From NCBI GenBank assembly GCA_963693365.1, contig CAVNZM010000002.1, positions 10,720,328-10,784,327 on the forward strand: a stretch of 64,000 bases of DNA, read 5' to 3'. This DNA is from Amoebidium appalachense. Lineage: Eukaryota; Protista; Ichthyosporea. Shown piece by piece: positions 35,486-55,159 of this stretch. The notes below the pieces were generated by a model that worked only from the letters and a program-made list of their open reading frames with translations, was not told the DNA's origin and did not search any database. The translations under genes were made by a program, and so were the position numbers. Numbering within the stretch: the stretch's first letter is position 1; the number at the start of each line of letters is the position of its first letter.

Positions 35486-36201
35486 TGTCGTATCCTATTA
35501 TATGTGTACTAGAGACGCGGCACTCTACTAAGTGTACACACACGAAAAGGAACGAACGTGTACAGAAAAACGGTAAAGTTTATTCAGACCAGGCTCCGAC
35601 GGGCAAAACTTAGATCCGTACGAAATGAGTCTAAGTTACGACTGAGGCCATCAAGGCCGTGCCCTACAAGATCATCATCACCTGGCCCCCTACGATGCCA
35701 CATTCCGTACATTCCGATCTAACTTTATCGTGTGCCTGCACGAGCTAAATCGATCGGCTCACACTAATATATTTATCTAAGTCTCACCCCTCTCCCTTCC
35801 CCTAGTGGCACCGCAGAGTCTAATTCTACATTTCATACTATCTCCCTCCCCCCTCCCTCCCCCCTTTCCTCTGTCATCGAAATATATAAATACGTTTGGC
35901 AGCATACACTATCAGAACTTGCCAATATTTACAAAAGGGCTTCTGCCCGAACAATCACATTCCTAAGTCCTCCTACGATCTATCCTACACACTAATTAGA
36001 ATTCTATTGGTCGGCTGTCCCAGCTGACGTGGTCCTGCCCTGCGCCGGCAGAGGCAAGATGATGCACGCAGCTGCACAGCTATCTTGAGGCCCCGGACTT
36101 GATCTTGATGATCTGTGGACCCGGGCCACCCCCCCCCCCCCCCCCCCCCGATCTCGATCGTAGACTTAGGCTAATCTGCTGAGACGGATTAGTATATGTC
36201 A
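35486..36201 (-). repeat. 3' LTR of copy 2
   Basis: Reverse complement of the copy 1 LTR, with adjacent PPT. Confidence 0.97.
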
Positions 36202-36403
36202 ACTCCCCCCCCGGCCCCCGGAAAAGCTGAGTCCCACCTCAGTCACATTACATCTAACACCCCCTAAAAAGACATAGACTAATCAGTCTCCTAAAAAAAT
36301 TAAATTAAATAAATTACGAAGAAAAATAATAAATTAATCTACACCATAAGCTTGATACCTACGGAGACACCTATGATAATAAATTAAATTCCTACGACTA
36401 CGT

Positions 36404-37893
36404 TCACACTCCTCCTCGGTCTCCTCCCCCCCCTCCCCCTCCCCCCGTGTGTCTACGTGTATTTGCATCACTCCCCCCCCCGGCCCCCTCCCCCACCGAC
36501 TTTTTCACACCACGATTAAACTGAGGAATAACTCTCTTCGGCCTAGAGGGAGCACTAGGCAACTCCCTCTGCACTAATCTAGCCTCATAAGCACGAATAG
36601 AAAACGGGCAATCCAAATGAAACTCAGGCAACCACTGATCTTCCTGATAACCTCCCTCAAAACGAATTAAATAATAATTTACCTTACCTTCCTTACCTTC
36701 GATAACCTTTTTATCCATAATTTTATCTACTGCAGCCTCCGATACATCCACCGACCCGTCATAGTCGGGGGTGAATGCATCTAACACTCGACGGCCCTCC
36801 GACCGTTTAACCCTAAGGGCCCTATCATAATATTCCTTTATATCATCTACATTATAAAATCTAACATCACTCTCATTATCTAACCTCTGCACCTTATATT
36901 CCGTCGGACCTAACCTAGCCACTATTTTATACGGGCCAATGAAAAGAGGCAACCATTTCTTACCATACTTACGAAGACCTTCACCTTCACCCTTACCTTC
37001 CTGCTCCTGCTTATATCTCTTTTTCCTAGTATGATCCCTAATTAAAACTAAAGTACCCTCGGCAAATTCACGTAACGGACGTGTGGACACGTCTGCACGT
37101 GTCTGTGCCTGCTGTGTACGGGCCAGAGCTGCATCACGTGCAGCCCGGGCCCGGGTTAGTAGCTGCTCCCGGAACTCAGTCCAGTGGGGATAAGTTAGTC
37201 GGTCAGCCCCCCCCATCGGCAAAAGTGCCGTATCTAACAAACTAATAGCCTCCTGCCCATAGACCAAATAAAACGGAGAAAAACCAGTCACAGCATGAGG
37301 GGTAGAATTATATGAATGAGCAATAAACCTAGACATATGATCCCAATCATTAGCCTCCACATCCACCATTTTGCCAAAGGACTTCTGAAACACTGCATGC
37401 ACACGTTCAGAGATGGCATTTGCTTGAGGGTGATATGCAGACGTAGTGATATGGGCTACCCTTAAAATTTTACACACCTCCGACACCAACTGATTTAAAA
37501 ACACACGACTCCTATCCGTTAACAAAACACGAGGACAACCAAACCTAAGACAAATTTCATCCACAAAAATACGAGCAAACAAAACGGCATTAGCAGTGGG
37601 GAGAGGAAAAACTTCAACCCAACGAGTGGCCACATCGGTGACGGTAACAAGAACAGTGTTACCCTCAACCGTAGAATTAAAAGGACCGACCACATCCACT
37701 GCTACCCTTTCAAACATACGAACATTAAAATCCCTAATAAACGACGGGCGGGAACGAGAGTGGGGACTCTCATTCCTTTCCTGACAATGCATGCATGACA
37801 ACACATAATCCCTCACCTCCCTACTCATACCCGGCCAAAAATACGAACGATTAACACGAAGCAACGTCCTATTTACACCTAAATGACCAGCCA
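36404..37893 (-). pseudogene. pol: 3' part of copy 2 integrase plus chromodomain, separated from the rest of pol by the insertion
   Basis: AGHLGVNRTLL... through the chromodomain, near-identical to copy 1 positions 30062-31489. Confidence 0.95.
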
Positions 37894-39047
37894 CATCAGC
37901 AATCTTGTCGAATCCATCCATAAGCCATCTAAGACGTCAGCATCTAATCAAAGTCATCTACATCCCACCCTTTAACCCTATCTACCCCATATCCCATCGA
38001 AAAGATGTCAGGATATTTTCGGACCATTTAAAGACGACTTTCAAGTTATCATAAAGATGTCTGGAAATTTCCTGACATCTTTATATACATTTTTCCTGAC
38101 ATCGTTTTCTACACCTAAACCTAACCACTACCCATCCGTAACCCCACCCAATCCCCACCTTTTCTACCCCTAAAATATAGGTATCGTATGATCCTGCACA
38201 TCAAGACCCTTTTATGTCATCTTTAAGGCCACTTTAAAGAGCTTAAATAAGAAATTAAGGCAACAAACAGACATCTAAACGATATCGTTAAAGGGACATC
38301 ATGTACATTACCTTATTGCAACGAGAGGTGATTTAGAGGTCTTCATGTTGACTTTTCTGCATCTAAAAGGGCACATAAGGAGAACTAAATGTTGCCTTTA
38401 CAGTATCTCGGGGCATCGGAATCCTTATTTCACGATGCCTTTATGTCATCAAACGGATCTGTTGCCGACCATACAAAGATACCTTTTGGATCACTCTACA
38501 TGATCTTTATTTCATGCAGACCGATTCACGACATACACATGTCACCTTTATGTTTACTTTGTGACAACTTGTGCAGCATAATAAGTCGACAAAACGATCA
38601 CTACAAGCAATTTAATATGATCATTATACTGTATTCTAATCGTCCAAAAATCTATATTAAAGCATCATTTTGTGCCCCGGTTGATGCCAAGATGATGTCA
38701 GTTCCCCCCAGTCCCCCCCCCCCCCCCCCCCCTTTCCCTTTCCTCCCCGTGGCTGCACATTGAAGTGTCGTTGACCGTGCTGAACAATCTTTAATTTCTT
38801 ATGACACGTCCCACTGGGACGTGTCTCCACTCTTTACATCTACGAGATGTCCCACTGGGACACCCCTCTACTGTCTCAACTATTCAAAACATTAAAATTC
38901 AAGAAAAGAAACACTATAAATTTATGAGAAAAAAACAAACTAAACAAAGTAAACAAACTTGCAAAATAAAATCCAAAATAATCCCCTACAAAAAAGGGGC
39001 AGTACATTTCTTGGGGGGAAGGGGGAGGGGGGGGGGGAGGTGGGGGG

Positions 39048-40350
39048 CTAAGGGGTGAATTTGGGCTTTTTGTGGGGGCTGGCATGACCCTGTTGGCGCC
39101 TTCTCTTCATCGCCGACCTGGTAAGGGGGGTCTCTCCCTCAGCCTCGTTGAACTCAGCCGGAGAGTCCTCACCTTGAAACTCAGCCGCCTCCTCCTCCAC
39201 CCCCTCCACCTGCTGCACGGCCTCGCTGTCACCCTCCGTGCCGCCCACAGCGACATCCTCGCCCTCCTTGCCGACCTTGGCCGCGTCCGTCTCGTTTTCA
39301 CGTTGGTCCACCTTGGGGTCTGGGGCCTCCTTGTGCAGAGACGCGGCCTCCTTAGCGGCCTGCTCCTCCCGCTCCCGCTCCCGCTCCGCCAGTGCCTCTG
39401 CCTCCCTCTCCGCATCGGCCTCCTCCTGCTGCCTGCGCAACTCCTCCCCGGCCTCCCGCTCGGCTGTCACCATCTGGTCCTTCACGTAGTTGTCGTAGTT
39501 TGAGATGTACTGCAGGTAATGGCGGGCACAGAGTCAGATGCTTTACAGAAGTCAGTCTAGAAAACTTTTTCCAACTATGTGATTGTGTTGTTTGTGTTTT
39601 TTTTTTTTTTACGGGGGGGGGGGGGGGGGGGGTTTGCAGATGTGAACAAAGAAGTCTTTTATAAAACAGAACAGACTAAATGCTAACTAGCTCGAGTGTC
39701 GGCACGCTATAGTGTAGTAAGCCATAATCACACCATAAGGGGGGGGGGGGGGTAGGAATTATAATGAACTTAGCGTAAGTCTCGTGAGCCATGATGAAAC
39801 ACCCCACAGCTCAAGTGTCAGCATCCTATTGCCTAGCCAAAAGGGGAGGGGGGGGGGGGGGGGGGGGGACCCACCAACTTGATGTTGCCTTCGGCCGCAG
39901 CACCGTCATAGTTGGGGTCGTCACATTCGAATTTCACGGGGGTCCACTTGTTGATGAGCTTGTGTTGGTTGGGGTCTCGCAGCGACACCTCGAAGCAGTT
40001 GACGACCAGCCGGAAGAATGCCCTGTGGTCTCTGGCGATATCCTGCCCAGTGCTTCTTTAGTGATCTGTTTTCAAAAGAGGTAAAGTTCGGAAGGAATAC
40101 ACATAAGGAAGAGAAGAGAAGAGACAGATAATGTTGTCGTCATATTGTCTTACTGACATCCAATGGATGTCATTAGGATCATATGACGACAACATTATGG
40201 CCCTTCATGATGTAAGAATGTGACCGTAATTCTCTATGATGATGCTTAAAACTGTCTTTATTCTTGAAATATTCCAAGCATTTGCAGACCTAGGAATATG
40301 CATCAATTTTTTTTCGATTCGATTCGTGGAATGTTCATGGTGGAGGGGAG

Positions 40351-40385
<35 letters not shown>

Positions 40386-42437
40386 GGGGGAAGAAAGCGT
40401 TATGCAAGTAAATATATACGATGAAAGCAAGTTATTTGGGAAGTTAAACCGGTGATCAGAGGAGAACGTGGAAGGGTGAAAGGGAGTGTGTGTGTGTGTA
40501 TGTGTGTGTACACACGTGTGTTGGTTGAAGAGCGAGTATGTGTGAGTGGGTGGTGGGCAGGAGGGAAGGGGGGGGGGGGGGGGGGGGGGTCCTTTGATGT
40601 AGTCTAGACTCAGAATGTGTTGAAAGTGATTTGTTGGGGACATTACATACCAAGGCAGTCTTGTTGCCAAGGACAAGCCGCACAGCCTTCAATGAGATGC
40701 TGCTGAACAGGCGGGAAAACGGCTGGTACCCGAACGGGTTGCCCGTTTCAGGGTCGACAGAGTACACGCGGCCGCACGGCTGGCCATTCAGCTTGACCTC
40801 ATCCAGGAGGGCCAGCCACAGCGCTGGTCGCTCATCGGCAGTTGGGGCGTAGGCGACCAGCTGTGAATGTGTGTTTGAATGCAGCAAAAGAAAGGAAACA
40901 GAAGCGAGTGGTGGTGAAGCAGGTGGCGGTGGCGTTGTGGGGGGGGGGGGGGGGGAGGGGGGGGGGGGGGTTAGTTAGTCCATGATTGTGTATTACAGAA
41001 GACTGTCAATAAAATATTATATAAATACAATGAAAAGAAAGTATTATTACTACATTACTACTTGAAACAGCTACATATCTCCATCCCTGTACAAATGACG
41101 TTAATGGCATACAAGTAGATTAGAACAAAACAGCTACATATCTCCATCCCTGTACAAATGACGTTAATGGCATACAAGTAGATTAGAACAAAACAGCTAC
41201 ATATCTCCATCCCTGTACAAATGACGTTAATGGCATACAAGTAGATTAGAACAAAGTAACCTGTGTGCTAGGATGCGTGTGAGAAGAGTTAAGCCCATTG
41301 TCATAGAAGGAGTCCGTTGAGTACGGAGGCGGGGGACCCGGGGGGGGGGGGGGGGGGGGGGGGGGGGAATACATCGAGATTGGTCCCAGGTACAACGTAC
41401 CCAGTCCTCAGGAAGTTGCGGACGTGCTGGTGGACATTGGACTTGATGGAGGTGATGCCCGTGCGGATTTTGGAGATATACTTCTGTGCGGGATCGCTAC
41501 GCACACAGTTGCGGATGATGTGGACCCACTTGGCCACGGCCTCCTGATTCAGCTTCGCGCTTGACGTCTCGACTTTCTGAAGAACCTCAACGAACTTTCC
41601 AGCCAGGTCCCCATCGTGGGCGTTGTTGATCTGGGGTGACTCCAGCACAAGGTGCTGGTAGATGTTGTGGGTCTTGGAGGACTTTTCCACATAGTCATTC
41701 TGACGGTGATGGAAAATGTTAGAAAACAAGAATGACGATGTGAATAAATCTTGATGGAGCTATAAATCCTCCATGCTGGAAACGTGCTGTAGCAGTTGCT
41801 TTGAAATGACCAAGTTTGAATAGTTCCTTCAGTTTATCCACTTAGACAGAATAAGGGTGTGGATGTAGTAAGGATGGGTTTAGTGCGGGTAGGGGGGATG
41901 AATGCATTAGGAGGTGGCAGCATGAGGTGGTGGGATGGCAACAATTCCTCCACAAGGATGAGCTTTGATCACAGAGATTGGTGGGGGGAGGGTTGTTTGA
42001 AACATAACTACTACAATAGGTAAGAGAAACAAAATCAAAACGAAACCAAGGGAGGGATAGGTTGCCTACCAGGAACTGGGTGGTCTCCTGAAAGGATAAT
42101 GTCTCGGGGTGTTTCTTGGAGGGGGAGGGGGTTGGGCGACGGGAAGGGGTGGTAGGGGTGCGGCCCAGCCCAGGCGCAGATGGAGACGGAGGCGGCTCTG
42201 GATCATCAAGCACTGGCAGTCTCGCCTCCTTGCCCAGGAGGGCGCGCAACTGCTCCCTCATGGCGGCGCGACTGTAGGAGCGGATGAGCTTTCGCATCCT
42301 CTGGGAGGTGTAGGTTGGGTGCTTGCCCGACAACACCAGTGTGTAAAAAAGGACCTCGAGCTGATCCTCGCGGTTGTAGGGGCATTCATCCTCGTCGTTG
42401 AAGTTGTTCTCGTCATCTTCCTGGACTTCTGTGACTG
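39048..42437 (-). CDS. Cluster of coding exons of unknown function ending in an acidic, NLS-bearing tail; either the C-terminal part of the JmjC gene or a second cargo gene
   Basis: Exon-like open segments at ~42437-42070, 41699-41401, ~40860-40651, ~40055-39878 and ~39510-39048 (…MKRRRQQGHASPHKKPKFTP*) with GT/AG boundaries and coding-like codon use. Not all intron phases could be reconciled by eye. Confidence 0.65.
41066..41255. repeat. 63-bp tandem repeat x3, intronic
   Basis: AACAGCTACATATCTCCATCCCTGTACAAATGACGTTAATGGCATACAAGTAGATTAGAACAA repeated. Confidence 0.92.
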
Positions 42438-42909
42438 AAGAATAGTAGGACTAATGTTAGTACAATTGTTGGAATCGTAGAAAACTAACAGAAGTGCGGA
42501 AACAGGGCAACCCTGGCAACAGATAGTATTTTCCGGCATGATCCAGATAACTATTGGAGGTCATCATATGACCCAAAACACCACCGAATCCCCCCCTTTC
42601 CCAACCATTTCTACACCAAAAATGATCTATCGTATGGATATCCCCATCAACATATCGTGGGTGAATGCGGAGGTTTCGAAAACACAAAAGAACTAGTTGA
42701 CGTGGACAGGCGAGTGGGGGGAGCGAGTAAACCACACTAGCAGCAGGTGTGTTTAGAAAGAGTGGAGTGGGTGAAGGGAGAGTATATAAACGGAGGGGGA
42801 GGGGGGGGGGGGGGGAGGGTTGAATGCAGTCAACAGAACAAAAGTACAAATACAACGGGGAGTGTGGGTGGGTGAGTGCGGGGGGGGGGGGGGGGGGGGG
42901 TTTGACCAA

Positions 42910-44279
42910 TAGCAACGGCTATGTTTTCCTGTGTAACTGACTGGAATCCCGCTATCATGTTCTCCACACTAGGCAAGAAGTGTTCCCGACACTCGCACGT
43001 GGGATACAGCGCAAGCTGGTCGATCCAGAGAAAAGTTGCGGTGTTCACTGCTAGCGCAATGTTCGGGCCAACCTGAAAGCCATAGTGAAGCGCTCCAGGT
43101 GTGGTTTGTACCAAGTCGCCGGCGCGCTGTACGACTATGACAGGTGCCAACCCTATGGATGCAAGGTAACGCGGAGACCGAGGGATATAATTTTTGTGCT
43201 GAAGTGGGTTTCTGCACGAGCCTGGCAATTCGTTGCGGGCCAGCTGTAAGAGCCGTTTGTACTGGGAGGGAGGGTGGATAAACCACACCTTAATGCCCCA
43301 CAAAAGAAGGCTTGCTGAGGCCAGCGCGGCATCTTCAATGTGTGCACCAAACACTGTTAAACCCAAGACAGACAACTGCACGTACAACATGGCAACATTG
43401 ATTCCTGGCATTGTTTCCCCGAAATGATTTCTTCCCAACGGCGTGAAGTCACTGATTGCAGTTACATTGAAAACACGTTCGTCGAATATTTGATCACCAT
43501 CCACCTCGACATCGGATGCATAGACACCACCAACACCTTCCAGGTTTTCCTCAAACAACTGCGCTATCTGCTCACTGCTCATTTCACCCAAACCACTAAC
43601 ATCTTGAGGCAACGTTTGACACTTGGAAAGGTCCACGCTGACAGGCTCCCGGCTTATCTCGCACCATGACTCGGACACGCGAGTTACTGTTTGCCTACAC
43701 GCTTGCTCTTTTATCTCTTTGGTCGAAAACTGTTCCATCGCATCACGAAAAGGAACAGGAGGTGCAAACCCCTCTAATAAACAACAGCCCTCCCGTTTCT
43801 CTTCAGCACTGTGCAGGGCACGAAGTGCCTTTAAAGCCTTTTCCCTATTCATGAAAGACGAAGCGCAATGTTGTTTTTATGTTTGAAGATTTTAAAAGTT
43901 TTTGATGTTACAGTGAGAAAGCCTAGGTGAAACTGACAACGAGCACACGCGTAACGACTATTTATGCAGCAGGGGGTGTAAAACACAAACACAACCCACC
44001 TTTCCTCTTCGGCTGCAGCATGGCGAGGGCGGCCGGGGCCGTAACTGAGGTGATGCCTTTGAGGAGAATACCGACTGACTGCCCAGTAGGGCTTTCAGCC
44101 TTGCTGGGATTCTCCCTGCCCCTACCCCCGGCCTTGCTATCCTTGCCGCCCTTGCCGCCCTTGCCGCCCTTGCTGGCGGCCACGGGCTCGCTGCAGTCCG
44201 AGTCGTCGAACGGCGTCTCAACCTTTTTGCGCTTGGGAAGCTTGGTCGTTGTGGCGCCCATTTTCGCGGTCTTTGGCAT
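42910..44279 (-). CDS. KDM4/JMJD2-like JmjC histone lysine demethylase (exon 1 ~44279-44000; catalytic exon ~43845-42910)
   Basis: YASD, PGINVAMLY, FGAHIED (HxE), GIKVW, SCRNPLQHK, QRAGDLVQTTPGALHYGF (distal His), NIALAVNTA and TCEC align motif by motif with KDM4A YGAD, EGVNTPYLY, FAWHTED, PKSW, SCEAFLRHK, QEAGEFMITFPYGYHAGF, NCAESTNFA and LCSC. Confidence 0.9.
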
Positions 44280-45708
44280 GGTGGAGACGTGGAAGGCGTA
44301 AGCGCGAGACAGAGCGATGACGATATGTGGTCATATGGACCACAAAGATGTGTTATGTGGGGTTTCTGTTGCAGTTCCGGTTGGGAAATGGATTGCAATC
44401 GTATGCCCATGAAAACATTTTAATTGGTTGATCATCGCATAAGCTGAAGCCAATCAAACGCGTAACCCAATCACAGACGGCGAAAACATATGATATGTTT
44501 TCCCCCCACACCACCTGCAATTTGCTGAGGTTGGACCCTGGTCATCAAGACTTCTTGGCCATAAAATGACAATACAATTACAGCAAAACATTCTGCAGAA
44601 ACCCGATATTCTCACATTTAAAGTGTTTATAAAAAGCCTTAGTTTCAAGTAGAGGCATTTTTTTTCTTGCTTTGTGTCGACGACATCTTTTATCCGCTTG
44701 AAATTTGTCAGCACCCATAATTCTACTATTACAGTACGTTGTATGTGGGGATCACCATCCGTCTTTCCTGTTTTAACTCGCGCTGAGGCAGAAGTTATAA
44801 GAAGCAGACGGGGAAAACTCAGCATAAGAGATCAATGAAATGAACATAAATATTAAATTACCAGACAATTTACAGTGCAAATTTTCTAGTAATTTCTAAC
44901 GTCCATTACGAAAGAAAATAACCAACTTTTGACTTGCACCTGTTTTCCCTGCCGCGCTCAGGTATGTGGGTCTATCGGATGGGAAGGTGTGGACCTGACA
45001 TTGAGCTTATCGAGTCGAGTGGCCGCAGGGAGAATGAGCAATTAATATGATACTATTGGAATATTAATAGTTGAACTCTTCTGCATTTTTTATTGTTTTT
45101 TTGTATTTTTTACACTGTCCACATTTATTGACACTTATATAAGGACCGAACGATTAGGTAGGCTATGCCAGTGGATTCCCATGTTTACGAAGTGCGCGCG
45201 CTGCCTAGAGTGGCCACATGTATGCATGACAGATCACCAATGATATTTGCAACGCACGCAAACCAAACAACATCCAGGTCGTTGAAATCTCCACGGTTGT
45301 TCTAATAACACATTCAGCTTGTATATTTACTTTTAAGTTTGTTATTTTTTATGTCAATGTCATATATGGGCATGCGCACCTAGTAGCATCAGTGTTGGAC
45401 GAAGCAACGCAGCATGATAGAGTTTATGCCATAGCAGACCAATCGCCGCATTGGAACTATCCGAGTACGTGATAAATGTCCAATCACCACGATTAGGATT
45501 ATTGGACATCTTCATGTTGTAGGAAACACCACCCGGGGGTCAACGCGGACTCCACGACATCAGGCAAGGGACATCATGATCAACACAACCCATCCACATC
45601 CCAGCTGGACGCACACGAGAGATCTATCTGTACTATAAAATATATATGTATATACACTGTTTTGATAAACTTTGTGTATGCACGTGATGTGCGGTAAAGC
45701 GCGTCAAA

Positions 45709-52723
<7,015 letters not shown>

Positions 52724-53459
52724 AGGTAGCAATGGGTGAGGCTATGCAAATTGTCGTACCCTTAAAAGATGCCTTTATGGGGACTTTTAGACTACATTTT
52801 CCTTTTTTCCCATCTCGATCACCCCCACATCCGAACCTTTCGGATATCTTTATGAGATCTGTTTGACAATATGTTGATGTCTGAATCGAGTGCATAATTT
52901 TTGTTTTCGGCTTGGATTCACTTAATAATGCCAATCGTTGCCGCATCTATATGTATCTGTGGACCCTGTAGTGGCCACATCAGCTAACAAATAACGGAAA
53001 GGGTTGTGGCCATTAGTATATCTAGTATATCTAGTAACAATGCTGACAGTTACCGTAAGCCTGCCCGCCCACATGGGCCCGTATGGACAACTAAATGACG
53101 ACTTAGTGGCGGGTTTATGATGTCTCGGACGATGGAATTTGTGCACGCGCACGTGCACCAAGTCTGTGACACAAGGGTGTTGCTCCTCTGCCATATCTGA
53201 TACGACTTCTTTCATGAATCATTCATTAAATATGCAACAATATTATTATCTGTTATAAATTATATCAAAATATATCTTTACAACCAAGGTTGTTGGTAAT
53301 TATCTACACTAGCCATATGGGTGGAATGGCTGGGCCAGAGCCAGACGAGGAGATGGGCGAAGACGCAGAGTAAATTTTCTGTTTGTTGATGAGTGGGGGT
53401 GTAGGGGGTTTGGTTTTCACGTGTGTCAGTAGCCTGTAACATATAGGCGCTGTGCCGAT

Positions 53460-55144
53460 GTCAGAAGTTTAAGTGGACTGCAACCCAACCTTTTAGGTAT
53501 ATATTGACATCCAAATAGTATAGGTTTACTACGAAAAAGATATCAGAACTTATCGTTATAGCATCTTTACATTCTCCTGCTGATATCATTATATACATGT
53601 TGACATCCAAATGGTATAAGTTTATGGCTAAAAAGATATCAGAACGTATCAATATAGCATCTTTACATTCACCTGATGTCCATCTTGCGATGCTTAAAAG
53701 TGCACGGAATCGATCTAGCCTGGGTCCAAAAGATGCCTCGAACCCATCCCAGGAATCTCATGATGACCATCCAAAACACATCAAAGGGACAATTGCAAGA
53801 CACCATAATGTGCATATATATAGATTCATCTTCAGACAACTAACGGCTCCTGAAAAGTGCATACAAGGACCACTTAAAGACCCTAGAGAGATGCTGTGGA
53901 CTCCATTCTAGTATGAGAATTGCATCCAGCAACATTATAGCATCTATATATGCCTATCATGTGCACCGGGTAATCCACAAACCATCTATGACGTCGTGGA
54001 TGTGGACCATCGCAAAGATCACATAGAGACCCTAACTAGATATCATAAAGTGCACATGCTGTGCCTAGAACAGGGATAAATCAGGAATGATGATATAATA
54101 TGCACCAGAAATACACTTAGACATCTGAGGGTACCTAGGGGGTACATATGGATGGGAAAAGGATAGGATATTCAGAGATCTGTAATACCACATCATCAAC
54201 ACCATAGGTCCACATGTAGATGCCTTCAAGTGCACGGAATCGATCGAGCCAGGGTCAAAAAGATGTCACAAACCCATCCCAGAAACCTCATGATGACCAT
54301 CCGAAAGGCATCTAAAAGACCACGTAAAGGCCATATAAGATGCAAATATGGTTTTCCCTCATGACAACTAAATGTTCCTAAAAGGTTCATTAACAGACCA
54401 CTTAAAGACGTCAAAAAGATGCTGTATACCAGGAATAGCGTCCAGCAACATTAAAGCAACCATATATGCCTATCATGTGCACCACCCAATCCACATACCA
54501 TCTATGACGTCGTGGATGAGGTCCATCTACAAGAGCACATAAAGACACTTTGTCGATCATTAAAAGTGCATATGCTGTGCATATAACAGCGAAAAAACAA
54601 TATGGATCGTATAAAATGCACTAAAACTAGTCTTGGACATCATAGGGGACTTAGGGGGTAGAAATGGATGGGAAGAAAATATGATCATATAAAGTGGTCC
54701 ATATAATGTCTATGTGCACCGGAAATAAACTAGAAGTACACTTGGACGTCCTGGAGTACTTAGGGTGTACTTTGGGATGGGTACAAGAAAAGAGCATTTA
54801 ATGTGGTCTTTAGATGGTCCATATCACCACCCAAACCCCACCAAATTGTGTTTGGAAAATTTTGAACATCGGGGCATTTAATATGCATTTAGGATGGGTT
54901 GTAGATCATTTCATGACACCATAGTAGATGCCTTGCGGTGCTGTTCTGGATGATGGATGATATCAAGTCCCCTTTATCCCCTCCTGGACATCATAGATGA
55001 GTTATGGATAGTGGCCATCCAAATTGTTTACGACCCCCACATCCCATCTAGATGTCATCATGTAGGTAGGTTGTGGTGGATGTGTGGGGTGGATATGGTG
55101 GGAGGACCCCCAAAAGGTGTCCTGGATGGGATCCGGATCGCCGA
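53460..55144. repeat. Right subterminal repetitive region of the Plavaka element
   Basis: A ~117-bp tandem duplication (53460-53680), a degenerate ~530-bp-offset direct repeat (starts 53698 and 54228), and recurrent GGACCAYTTAAAGAC and GATGTC/GACATC motifs. Confidence 0.75.
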
Positions 55145-55159
55145 ACAAGATTGCTGATG

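Noticed and set aside
37861-37921. ORF track start MDGFDKIADV for the 505-aa integrase ORF, and the tail HQQSCSAIRI of ORF 55058-55534
   Set aside because: Both are chimeric read-ins from the Plavaka TIRs, not native protein sequence.
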